Shown: positions 7,652 to 16,282 of the stretch, in pieces
Layout of the letters: each line of letters starts with the position of its first letter
Position numbering within the stretch: the first letter of the stretch is position 1
IMG/VR virus record: IMGVR_UViG_3300005201_000018
Reading direction: 5' to 3' (one strand)
Length of the DNA: 20,000 nt
Origin: an uncultured virus (IMG/VR IMGVR_UViG_3300005201_000018)
Lineage: Duplodnaviria; Heunggongvirae; Uroviricota; Caudoviricetes
Translations under genes and position numbers: made by a program
The notes under the pieces: generated by a model
Databases searched by the model: none
What the model saw: only the letters and a program-made list of their open reading frames with translations
Told to the model about the DNA's origin: nothing

Positions 7652-9858
7652 GCCGCTCTAGCCTCCTTGACGGTTCTTTCAATAAAGCCCTTCATACTCT
7701 CCATTTTTAACACCTTCCCGGTTTCTTTATCTTTCTTTTTCCTTCGTCCTTTGACATGTCCCCAATCATCCCCTGTTTCAGGATCAACGCGGATAGGCAC
7801 AGATAGTGGGAACGTATGCTCCATGACTTCCTGTATTTCAGGGAGACGTTGTATAACGTTTGCTTTTTTTGGTATCCCAAAATCCAGCTCATCATGGACG
7901 GTAAGATACAGCGGGAAAATGTCCAGCAGCCCTTTTTCATCAAGCATTACCATTGCCTTTTTGATCATGTCGGACGCTGAACCCTGTATGAGCTTGTTAA
8001 ATCCTTTATAGGCATCACGCTTGTTAGGAACTCCGTTGTACTTTTTTAAGTGGCAGTGCCTACCGGCTAATGTTTTTATGTAGCCACGCCCGACAATAAC
8101 TTCAGAAACTTTATCCATTGTTGCCTTGACAAACGGTGCTCCTTCGTGGAATAAACCGGTAATACGCTCTGCTTCTTCTTTAGTCCAACCAAATGTTTCC
8201 ATCATGGTTAAAATCATCATGCCGTACCCAAGACCAAACACACAATTCTTTGAGTATTTACGCCCGACTTCAATACCGTATTCTTCGTACAATCCAGACA
8301 CGATGCCCATATACTCGTGGAAATCAAGGTCAGGGTTCTCGTTATACTTTCTCCGTATTTCATCTGCGCCTTCGCCAACCGCAAAATGAGCCATTAAACG
8401 GTTCTCCTGCCCTGAATAATCAGCTTTTCCCCACAGGCAATCTTCATCAGGGATAATAATTTCACGACACAATGTATACAGCTTTATTTCATCAGGTGTT
8501 TTAGCAAACAACACTGTTTTTGAAGGAACTTGCTGTAGATTTGGGTTAGCAGAAGAAAAACGCCCTGTTTGCCGTGCGCCAACAATGTTAAAATCTGCGT
8601 GTATGCGATAGTTGTTCTCGCCATGCTTAACGATAAACCGGTCAAACTTTGGCCCCAAGAACTTATCTATAATAGAAGTAACCTGCTTTAAGTCTACAAT
8701 TGCTTTCGCTACTTCGTGTTTTTTCTTCAGTGTGTCCAACGCTTTTTTATCAATACTTGGATTACAAGTTGTCTCATACCCCATGCTTGCTAAATCGTCA
8801 TTAGTGCGGCCTGAATACTGCTTTGGCACGAATAAGACAAGCTGCCCTTTCTGAACCCTTATACTATTGAATACCTCTTTTAGCTGTTTCTTCTGTTCCC
8901 AAAGCTCCGGTCCTGAAAAACAATCGCTCTTTTTAAACTTCCTTTCACGAACCTGCCAGCCTTTTACCCTTACTTTGCAGCGATAAGGAATACGCTCTGA
9001 ATCAAACAGCGCAGCTAACTGTTTTGTGGAGTTGAAGTTGACCTTGCCGTATTTATCCTCAAAATCAGACTGCAGTTTGTCCTGTATTCCTTTTAGCAGC
9101 TCATAATTCTTTTTCCGTTTCTTCATGTCTATACGGACGCCGCGCTGTTTCATGCCGAGGATAACCTTTATAAGTTTGAAGTTCGTTTCAAGTGCAGTTT
9201 CAAGGTTGTAAAAATCAAAGTTAGTTAGTGCCTCTGAAGCCTTTCCTGATGTAATAATTTTCTTTATCAGCTTTTTTTCTAAACTTTTTATAAGCTCACA
9301 ACGTTCATTAAACATAGTATCGTGGATAATTTCGCGCTGCTTTTCCCAAATCCGAACCGGCTGATCCGCATCGGAGATGACATATTCTTTTATTTCTTCT
9401 TCGTACCCCGCGTCCCACAGTTTTTTAATATGTTTCCTGAAATCGCCTTTAAGGCCAAGCCCTTCAGCAATAGCTTTTAACGGCTCCGATCCTTTCTTCT
9501 CGTTCAGATATTTCCAGGTGAGCGCGTCTAAGCTGTACACCTGGTATTCATCAATAGATGCTTCGGCCATAGCAACGTCAACCAAGGCGCATTTAACGTC
9601 TTTCGCTTTTAGCTTATGTTCATAACACAGCCATCCGAGGTCGTATATGATGTTCGTGCCGACAAGCGTAACATTTGCGTCAAGCAGCAAGTCTTTTACG
9701 GTCTTGCCACCATTACCTACCAAGGCCCTTTTAGTACCTGTTTGCGCGTTGTACAGGCCGGTAACAATGATCTCTCCTTCGCCATAAACCCAAGAAGTGC
9801 CTTTGTCGGTCAGATGAGGATCGTATGTTTCGATGTCAATGCCGTACAACTTAGTCAT
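7648..9858 (-). CDS. polA: Family A DNA polymerase with 3'-5' exonuclease domain
   Basis: Exo I DIETYD, Exo II NIIYD, Exo III YVISD; TGRFSSANPNLQQVP; motif A DYSGQENR; motif B RKYSKNCVFGLGYG; motif C VHDEL. Start at 9858 follows AGGAGG. Confidence 0.97.
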   Translation of the reverse strand: MTKLYGIDIETYDPHLTDKGTSWVYGEGEIIVTGLYNAQTGTKRALVGNGGKTVKDLLLDANVTLVGTNIIYDLGWLCYEHKLKAKDVKCALVDVAMAEASIDEYQVYSLDALTWKYLNEKKGSEPLKAIAEGLGLKGDFRKHIKKLWDAGYEEEIKEYVISDADQPVRIWEKQREIIHDTMFNERCELIKSLEKKLIKKIITSGKASEALTNFDFYNLETALETNFKLIKVILGMKQRGVRIDMKKRKKNYELLKGIQDKLQSDFEDKYGKVNFNSTKQLAALFDSERIPYRCKVRVKGWQVRERKFKKSDCFSGPELWEQKKQLKEVFNSIRVQKGQLVLFVPKQYSGRTNDDLASMGYETTCNPSIDKKALDTLKKKHEVAKAIVDLKQVTSIIDKFLGPKFDRFIVKHGENNYRIHADFNIVGARQTGRFSSANPNLQQVPSKTVLFAKTPDEIKLYTLCREIIIPDEDCLWGKADYSGQENRLMAHFAVGEGADEIRRKYNENPDLDFHEYMGIVSGLYEEYGIEVGRKYSKNCVFGLGYGMMILTMMETFGWTKEEAERITGLFHEGAPFVKATMDKVSEVIVGRGYIKTLAGRHCHLKKYNGVPNKRDAYKGFNKLIQGSASDMIKKAMVMLDEKGLLDIFPLYLTVHDELDFGIPKKANVIQRLPEIQEVMEHTFPLSVPIRVDPETGDDWGHVKGRRKKKDKETGKVLKMESMKGFIERTVKEARAA

Positions 9859-10054
9859 TAGGTATGAGCCCTCCTTGTATAGCTGCTTCAATAGTAGTCT
9901 TCGCTGCGTCTATATAACCCGCAACATAGAATTCAAACTTTGCGAGGTCAACGCTGTACACACAAGATGAACACGTCACCTTAACACAGTGGGTGTCATG
10001 CTCACACTGCATCCTAAAGCACACTCTTGCCTTCTCTGTCTCGCTCATCCCCAT
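9851..10054 (-). CDS. Small Cys-rich hypothetical protein
   Basis: 67-aa ORF overlapping both neighbours, with several Cys. Confidence 0.6.
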   Translation of the reverse strand: MGMSETEKARVCFRMQCEHDTHCVKVTCSSCVYSVDLAKFEFYVAGYIDAAKTTIEAAIQGGLIPND

Positions 10055-10630
10055 TGTGCTGCCATTGCCTCCGCTATTCCTTGGTATGTCTTGCTCCGTT
10101 CAACGCCCTTGCCTTTCCCGCTGCCCCAATGCCACTCGGTATCAGTGCGCTTCTTACCGTTCTTATTCGTGTACTCAATAAGGTTCGGCTGCACCACATT
10201 TGTTGACTTCAATGGCTGTAACTCATTCAACCAGAGACAAGTCGCTTTCCGCGTAGGATGCCCAAACTGCAACGGCTGCACAATCTGATCCGGTTTCCGA
10301 TAGTGCGTTGACATAATACCAATAGGGTTCTCGATAGCCCAGCGACATTTTAATTTGGTAAACAGAAGAAAAAATTTCATGCCTTCTCTCTGCTCCTTCT
10401 CTTTATCTTTGAACCACCGCGCGCCAGAAACGCATAAATGGGTGCATGGTGGAAACGCGAGAACCAAGTCCCAATCTGCGTACATGAGCTTACGCACATC
10501 GCACTGGAAGTGCCATTCAGGATGCCCCCCGCTTGTGGGGAGTAAATCACATGAAAACGCCTCATGCCCCCCCCCCTCTAAACGCGGCTGTAACTCTACC
10601 TGACTCCTCACAGGCGACAAGAACTTTCAC
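10045..10630 (-). pseudogene. Short phage C5-cytosine DNA methyltransferase-like gene, frameshifted at a G10 tract (possibly phase-variable)
   Basis: GTG at 10630 gives MKVLVACEESGRVTAAFR, the typical N-terminus of this family. After G10 (10567-10576) that frame stops. HEAFSCDL...FPPCTHL...AIENP...RSKTYQGIAEAMAAQWG continues in another frame. G9 would fuse the two. Confidence 0.85.
10567..10576 (-). repeat. G10 homopolymer within the MTase coding region
   Basis: Ten consecutive C on the plus strand. Confidence 0.95.
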
Positions 10631-10761
10631 TCTTCATCAACTCCTATAACAAACCCGTTTTCAGCCACCTGCTGTTCATACTCCTCTACTGCTTTTTCAT
10701 ACTCTGCCATTTCTTCGTCATACTGCTCCCAATCACTAAATGAAAAATCCGGTTCATCCAT
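10627..10761 (-). CDS. 44-aa highly acidic protein (MDEPDFSFSDWEQYDEEMAEYEKAVEEYEQQVAENGFVIGVDEE)
   Basis: Translated by hand. AAGGAG RBS and GTGA overlap with the MTase start. 17 D/E residues against 1 K. Confidence 0.7.
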   Translation of the reverse strand: MDEPDFSFSDWEQYDEEMAEYEKAVEEYEQQVAENGFVIGVDEE

Positions 10762-10764
10762 TAG

Positions 10765-11307
10765 TTACTCCTTCTTCAACTCAACAAACAAATGCGGCTT
10801 AGGCAACACCTTGTGGCACACATAACAACTTTGAAACGGAGGTGACTTCATCGTTACGCCGTTCTGATCTATGTAGGCTACACGCGGTTTGAGCCACATT
10901 ATTTCAAGTTTCTTACCCTTGAACAAAGAAAAACGCTTCCCCTCAAACAACCCGGCAGTAGCGCCCATGAGCACAGCAAATGGCCTACCAAGGTAAAATA
11001 AATGTTCAAACACCTGATCCTTCAACGAGTAGGGCGGGTTAGATATTATGTAGTCGTACTGTTCTACAAATTTTGGTGATAAGTTAAAAAAATCTTCTTC
11101 ATAGAAAGAATCGTGTGCGTTTATATGTGTGCAAAGAACAGTATGTTGCTCCTTCAAAACTGTGTTAAAAGAACTTGTCTCATGATCAAACGGGCAGAGA
11201 ATCACGCTGTTTGGCTTCAAGTACGGTAATAGCGGCCTTACCGCGTACTCAGGCGTCATCCATTCATCTTGTTTTTTTGTTGCACGCAGCATTGTGGTAA
11301 CACTCAT
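10765..11307 (-). CDS. N6-adenine (amino) DNA methyltransferase
   Basis: DEWMTP...ILCPFD, DFF, IISNPPYS (motif IV). Confidence 0.85.
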   Translation of the reverse strand: MSVTTMLRATKKQDEWMTPEYAVRPLLPYLKPNSVILCPFDHETSSFNTVLKEQHTVLCTHINAHDSFYEEDFFNLSPKFVEQYDYIISNPPYSLKDQVFEHLFYLGRPFAVLMGATAGLFEGKRFSLFKGKKLEIMWLKPRVAYIDQNGVTMKSPPFQSCYVCHKVLPKPHLFVELKKE

Positions 11308-11308
11308 A

Positions 11309-11404
11309 TTATTCCCCCCACCACTTATAGATAACTACAAATATAACAGCGCAAATAACCCAGACTGCTGTGAACGCACCACTAACAAATGAACGCCAAT
11401 CCAT
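11309..11404 (-). CDS. 31-aa single-TM protein (MDWRSFVSGAFTAVWVICAVIFVVIYKWWGE)
   Basis: Translated by hand. GGAGGAG RBS and TGATG coupling. Confidence 0.6.
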   Translation of the reverse strand: MDWRSFVSGAFTAVWVICAVIFVVIYKWWGE

Positions 11405-11553
11405 CACTCTCCTCCCTCATAATTATCATCTTCAATAAGTTGGATATTTATTGCCGTTTTGGTAATTTTCAACACAATTCCTACACCAAGTAGACCGCCA
11501 ATGATAAACACGCCAATATATGACAAGATGAGATTACTTAAAGTGATACTCAT
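11404..11553 (-). CDS. 49-aa single-TM protein (MSITLSNLILSYIGVFIIGGLLGVGIVLK...)
   Basis: Translated by hand. ATGA overlap with the helicase stop codon. Confidence 0.6.
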   Translation of the reverse strand: MSITLSNLILSYIGVFIIGGLLGVGIVLKITKTAINIQLIEDDNYEGGE

Positions 11554-13055
11554 GCTACCTGCTCCTTTACCAAATCAACAATTCTATCAAGGCCGTAACG
11601 CCCTTTGCTTTCCACCAGGTACAACCCCTGCTTTGCGCGGGTGCACGCTACATACAAAACCCTTAGTTCTTCGTCGATATTGACGAGCGCATTTTTATCA
11701 ACGGACCTGGTACAATCAAGAAAAACTGTTACAAAATCAGCCTCACCGCCTTTTACACGATGTGTTGTCGAAAGCAGAAGAAAAGGCTCCTGCTTCGCTA
11801 ACTCCTCAAGCTTGTCAATCCCATGTTTCTGTATATAGTCAAAATACACATAGCGCCGTTCAGACGGTATTAAGTCACTCTCTATAAAGTCGTCGTTAAT
11901 ATCTTTGATTTTATATTTAGTACAAAAATCCTGCAGGGTTTCTTCACTGCTGAAACCTTTCTTGCGAAAATTGTAGTACCGCTTTATTTTCATAACATCG
12001 CGCTCGGCAACACAAAAACCTTTTGCCGTGTGGTAGGGAATAGTGTACTGTTCAAGACAGTCTATTATCTCGTCCATAAGGCAGTTGTTGCGGAACAAAA
12101 GATACCAGCGGTAAGGTGTAAAACCGTTTTGCTTAATATCTTTTTGTATCCTTCGTATTAAAATACGGCTGTCTGACAATTCGTCAACAAAACCCTCAAC
12201 GTCTTTAACCGGCCTAAAGTCTTTATCTATCTTATCTGTTATAAGCGCAGTAATGCCCTTGGCGAACTTGTATACCGCAATAGGAAGTCTGTAGGACGTT
12301 TCAAGTTTCACTGCGTTGTATTTTTTTGCGAGGCAGATGAGCGTTTTCGGTGACGCACCGGCGTAACTGAAGACACACTGATAGTCGTCTCCCGCTATTA
12401 CTATCTTTTCACAGAGCGAAAATGCTATCTGGCAAACTTCCCACTGAAGGAGTGTCAAGTCCTGCGCCTCGTCGATAAAAGCTACTTTTACGTTTACCGG
12501 TTTGTTTCTTTCCCTGAACCGCGTTAAACAGTCATGGAAGTCTACCAAGCTATTTTTTGCCTTAAACAGCTCAAAAGCTTTTACAAGCAGTCTATATCGT
12601 TCCTCGTCATACGCAGTATCATGTATGAAAACTCCTTTTGTGCTGCCGCTTCTTTTAACATCATACCGTGTCAACAGCCTGTCATCCGATGTTTGTTCTT
12701 CATAGGCATCTCGTAAACTGATATTGTAGCCGTACTCTTTATTGAATTCTTCTATCTTTGCCTTTGTGATTATTGAAGCGTGCTCTAGCCCTAATTCCTT
12801 GAAACAAAGCGCGTGCAGTGTCTTAAAGTGCACAAGATCATCTGCTGAAAGTTGCGGATTTGCCTGTAGCGCCCGTTCAATACCGTGCGCGACGCCTTTA
12901 CGGGTATATGTCACAAACGCAATCTCATCAGGCCGGTAGACTTCTAACAACCTAGCCATTTCGTCCATGATCGCAGAAGTCTTACCGGCACCGGCAGCGG
13001 CAAGGCAAACAGTAACATCATTTGTATTGAACGAAAGCGTTTCAGGTGTTATCAC
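11550..13055 (-). CDS. UvrD/Rep-like SF1 DNA helicase
   Basis: AAAGAGKT, VTYTR, TLHALC, IDEAQD, AGDDYQ, SYR, TTHRVKGGEAD, LYVACTRAK. Confidence 0.93.
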   Translation of the reverse strand: MITPETLSFNTNDVTVCLAAAGAGKTSAIMDEMARLLEVYRPDEIAFVTYTRKGVAHGIERALQANPQLSADDLVHFKTLHALCFKELGLEHASIITKAKIEEFNKEYGYNISLRDAYEEQTSDDRLLTRYDVKRSGSTKGVFIHDTAYDEERYRLLVKAFELFKAKNSLVDFHDCLTRFRERNKPVNVKVAFIDEAQDLTLLQWEVCQIAFSLCEKIVIAGDDYQCVFSYAGASPKTLICLAKKYNAVKLETSYRLPIAVYKFAKGITALITDKIDKDFRPVKDVEGFVDELSDSRILIRRIQKDIKQNGFTPYRWYLLFRNNCLMDEIIDCLEQYTIPYHTAKGFCVAERDVMKIKRYYNFRKKGFSSEETLQDFCTKYKIKDINDDFIESDLIPSERRYVYFDYIQKHGIDKLEELAKQEPFLLLSTTHRVKGGEADFVTVFLDCTRSVDKNALVNIDEELRVLYVACTRAKQGLYLVESKGRYGLDRIVDLVKEQVA

Positions 13056-13471
13056 TTTTTACTCCCTATGATAGCTAAAAAATCTGTACCTAATCGTTTT
13101 CGCATATTCCACAAATAAAAACGTTGCTTTGCAGGAACCTCCTCATGCAAAACAAGCCAACGATACAAGTACAACTGCTCGCCGATAGTAAGGTGTATAT
13201 CGTCACCTTTCCATGTATAGTCATGCAATGCAAAATTGAAACAATACTTTCCCTGTCGCCATATACACCCGCCGAGATCAGTGAGGCTTTTAAGTTCTGC
13301 TTTTGCCGTCTTCTTCTTCTGCCTAAACACACCGAGACGATCCAATGTCACAGTCAATCTGCAATCATCAAGCTTCCGATCAGCGTTTCGGAACCATTCA
13401 ACTATATCGTCAACCGGAATGTCTGCGGTTTTCGGGATAAAGAATGTTTTAGAACTTAGTATCGTCGCCAC
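13052..13471 (-). CDS. Hypothetical protein
   Basis: Probable GTG start at 13471 after GAGGAGG. GTGA overlap with the helicase start. Confidence 0.65.
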   Translation of the reverse strand: MATILSSKTFFIPKTADIPVDDIVEWFRNADRKLDDCRLTVTLDRLGVFRQKKKTAKAELKSLTDLGGCIWRQGKYCFNFALHDYTWKGDDIHLTIGEQLYLYRWLVLHEEVPAKQRFYLWNMRKRLGTDFLAIIGSKK

Positions 13472-15197
13472 TACCGTCTTCCTCCTCTGCCTTATTCTTC
13501 TGTAAAATATCTGCGTCCCCTTCGTAGATGTCGTCATAGAAAGCATCCATTGCCAAAAGCTCCTCCGTCTCGCTTTTCTTCCAGCACGGTATTTTAATCT
13601 CAACACCCTTTGCTGTCTTATACACTAGTTCTGCTTCCGTACACCCAAAATCTGTCAGCTTTGCATGAAGATTAACCTTATGCAAAGGAATCTTTTCAAG
13701 GTTCAAAAACCGCAATAGACCGTCCGTGGTAAAGTAATACACGCCGTCTGATTTATAAACCTGCCCGACCTTTATTAACGACTGCTGTCCGTTTTGTATC
13801 TGTTTATGCGTTAAATATCGCATAACCGCGTTACGCAGCAACGAATCTTCGGAAGTCTCTGTCCCTTTCGCAACCACTATTTTCCGTTCCTTCAGGCCGT
13901 CCATAGATCGATTTGTTATGTCGATCCAGTCCGCTTGTTTTACAACGTTAGGCGACCAATGAAGATCACGACGGCAAGCAGTCCGTATTTTTGCCTGATT
14001 CTCAAAATCATCCACACAATCAATACGTACCGGCCTATAGTCTTCACCCTCCTTGACTCGAATTTGCCAGATGTAATACTGCGCTTCATCTGCTGTATCT
14101 ACAACTTTCGTTAACTCTCCCCAGGAATCTGCCCCGGTAAGATGGTTGCCTTTATCACGTCCTACCCCAAACTCACGTTGTTTACACAACCTCTTATCGC
14201 AATAATCAGCACAAGGCGATTTCTTACACCAGTAGTTGTCCCAATTCTTCTCTTTGTCGGTAACTGACGAATAAATTGACGTTACCTCTTTTTCTTCTAA
14301 AGGCGCTTCAAGACAGCCATTCATCTCATCGAGAAGACCACGAAAATCCTCCCGATATTTCTTTTTCAGGTATATCGCCGCAGAAAATAAAAAACAGTTG
14401 CGTCCATCGTTTTCTGCAAGAGCGCCTGTTAGCAGAATCATCTGTATGCAAAACGGCGCGTCACTATACGGCAGATTCTCCAATGCACCGCGTATCTCCC
14501 GTACTGAAGTAAACATGCTTTCGATGATCGGAATAGCTTTTTCTATGCCTATAAGCTTTCCTTCGGCAGTAAACATCTTATTCTTACAGCCTTTTGCCGT
14601 ATTATAAAAAGGCAGAAAAAGACAATTAACATTCCGGTCGCCGGGTATGAATGTAGCCTGCTTGGGGAACACTTCAACCTTGCTCTTGTTCTTGTCGTTT
14701 ACATACAGCCTGTTTAGCCCAAACACCTCCACAATTTTATTAAGCGCTTCAATAACTTTACCGCCTGGCTCTGCTTCTGAAAAAAAGAAATACAGATGCA
14801 GGCCGCCTGATTTTGACCGAAACGCCGCAAACTTAAACCCGAACTTGTATAACTTACGAACAAGCCCGGTAAAAGTTGTATCATACACATCAATGTCAAT
14901 CGCCGCAAAATAGCAAACATTGTTCTTGTCTTTCGTGTTGCACAACGGCGCTATGGCAACACCATTACCGCCGTTCAAGTGTTCCCTGTAGTGTTCTTTC
15001 GTAACCGGTACTAGGTCCCCCTTCTCAAAACCTTCCGGTATGTTAGGGAAACTCTTTGTCCCATAGGCTGCAAATCCGCACCACGAAGCCTTTAATTTTC
15101 CTTCCTTCTCTACGAAAGGCGCTTGGTGGTGAACATAAAACGCAGGATTGCCCTGGAAAAGCCGGTAGAACGCTGTGAGGGTGTTCTCTGTGGACAT
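13449..15197 (-). CDS. Archaeo-eukaryotic-type primase (AEP) with PriCT-like and Cys-cluster regions
   Basis: AAIDID (motif I), RSKSGGLHLY (motif II), GRNCFLF (PriCT-like), and four Cys in CKKSPCADYCDKRLC. Confidence 0.88.
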   Translation of the reverse strand: MSTENTLTAFYRLFQGNPAFYVHHQAPFVEKEGKLKASWCGFAAYGTKSFPNIPEGFEKGDLVPVTKEHYREHLNGGNGVAIAPLCNTKDKNNVCYFAAIDIDVYDTTFTGLVRKLYKFGFKFAAFRSKSGGLHLYFFFSEAEPGGKVIEALNKIVEVFGLNRLYVNDKNKSKVEVFPKQATFIPGDRNVNCLFLPFYNTAKGCKNKMFTAEGKLIGIEKAIPIIESMFTSVREIRGALENLPYSDAPFCIQMILLTGALAENDGRNCFLFSAAIYLKKKYREDFRGLLDEMNGCLEAPLEEKEVTSIYSSVTDKEKNWDNYWCKKSPCADYCDKRLCKQREFGVGRDKGNHLTGADSWGELTKVVDTADEAQYYIWQIRVKEGEDYRPVRIDCVDDFENQAKIRTACRRDLHWSPNVVKQADWIDITNRSMDGLKERKIVVAKGTETSEDSLLRNAVMRYLTHKQIQNGQQSLIKVGQVYKSDGVYYFTTDGLLRFLNLEKIPLHKVNLHAKLTDFGCTEAELVYKTAKGVEIKIPCWKKSETEELLAMDAFYDDIYEGDADILQKNKAEEEDGSGDDTKF

Positions 15198-15213
15198 AGC
15201 AGCCCCCCCCCAG

Positions 15214-15723
15214 TTAATTTTTAAGCGTTACTACAATCGGACTATCTATACGCACATCCACTGCGTTAAGTGCAACGTACAAAAAGCCGCATACCTTTAT
15301 TGCGGCCATTTTCGGCACCATTCGGTACTTCTTGTTCTCCTTAAAATCACGAACCCTAAAAAATGTTACCTGCCGGTACTTGTACCATTCAGACACGATA
15401 TTCGGGCTCACTGTTAACAGCGTCGCGTTAGGCAGAGAAGAACTTTCACCGCCTTTTTTTAGACGGCTTAGGACATTTCCTTGAATGACATTAAGATGCT
15501 TAAAGAAATCTTCAAAGTCCTGTGTTATAGGAGAATAATCGAGGCATCTTTTTTCCTGCTCTTTTGTCAGCAAGTACAAAGTCTGATCGAACAGTGTTTT
15601 TCCAACAAGTTCTTTATTAGCCAGCATCTTTGTAAATGCCCTATCCCCTCCAGCTATCGCGGCAGCAAATAGCTCATCGTTAGCATATTTGCCACCGTCA
15701 TGCGTAATCAAAAAAAACGCCAT
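15214..15723 (-). CDS. Hypothetical protein
   Basis: 169-aa ORF with GAGGAG RBS. Confidence 0.7.
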   Translation of the reverse strand: MAFFLITHDGGKYANDELFAAAIAGGDRAFTKMLANKELVGKTLFDQTLYLLTKEQEKRCLDYSPITQDFEDFFKHLNVIQGNVLSRLKKGGESSSLPNATLLTVSPNIVSEWYKYRQVTFFRVRDFKENKKYRMVPKMAAIKVCGFLYVALNAVDVRIDSPIVVTLKN

Positions 15724-15747
15724 AATAAACTCCTCGTCCAGTAGGAT

Positions 15748-15774
15748 TTAACTTTCCGGCAAAGATGCCGATAT
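15748..15774 (+). promoter_or_regulatory. Sigma28 (FliA/SigD)-like promoter
   Basis: TTAACTTT-N11-GCCGATAT compared with the consensus TAAAGTTT-N11-GCCGATAA. The ATG lies 6 nt downstream of the -10 box. Confidence 0.65.
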
Positions 15775-15780
15775 AGAAAC

Positions 15781-15960
15781 ATGAACAATAATCAAGAACT
15801 ACGTGTCAAAGCCCTTGAAATCGCGGCTCTCATAATAGGTCCTCTTTCTCCTGGTGACCGTATTAAGCTTCTTACGGATAACCGCGAGGCAAATACTACG
15901 CTTGGTCTCTATGTACCCCTTGCAGAAGCAGTAAAGAATTACATTTCTGAAAATCTCTAA
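15781..15960 (+). CDS. 59-aa counter-oriented protein (MNNNQELRVKALEIAALIIGP...PLAEAVKNYISENL), probably leaderless
   Basis: Translated by hand; just below the ORF-track cutoff. Amphipathic helical pattern, directly behind the promoter, no SD sequence. Confidence 0.7.
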   Translation: MNNNQELRVKALEIAALIIGPLSPGDRIKLLTDNREANTTLGLYVPLAEAVKNYISENL

Positions 15961-16171
15961 GGCTGTACCCGAACTTAAATGTTGTAGAAACTAACCAGTC
16001 CTCTACAGTTAAAGATTTAATGTTAGGGCAGTGTGCTCGTACCTCTGTGTCCTCTACGCCGTAAATACGGACGCCATACTTTGCAAATACACCGGTCAAC
16101 TCTTCTGCAAATGCCGCAGAAGCCGCTATTGCCTGTAGGTATGGTTCTTTCAACGTAGTACCATTGTCCAT
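15896..16171 (-). CDS. Hypothetical protein
   Basis: 91 aa with AAGGAG RBS. Its 3' end overlaps the plus-strand ORF convergently. Confidence 0.65.
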   Translation of the reverse strand: MDNGTTLKEPYLQAIAASAAFAEELTGVFAKYGVRIYGVEDTEVRAHCPNIKSLTVEDWLVSTTFKFGYSLRDFQKCNSLLLLQGVHRDQA

Positions 16172-16282
16172 AAACTACTCCTTCTTCAAAACGTTGGCAT
16201 ACATAACACGTCAGGTATGCCAGCTGACTATGAAAACTGCCGTGCCCAGGTCCGTTCATACTACATGCGGCAGCGTGTGTTC

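Noticed and set aside
13472..13606. Extended N-termini given by the ORF track (also 4666-5133, 6974-7492, 7648-9891, 4279-4566)
   Set aside because: They overlap upstream genes heavily, and internal starts with clear RBSs fit better.
15710..15717. T8 run at the start of the 169-aa gene as a phase-variation site
   Set aside because: The gene is in frame, and A/T runs of 6-8 nt are common in this window.
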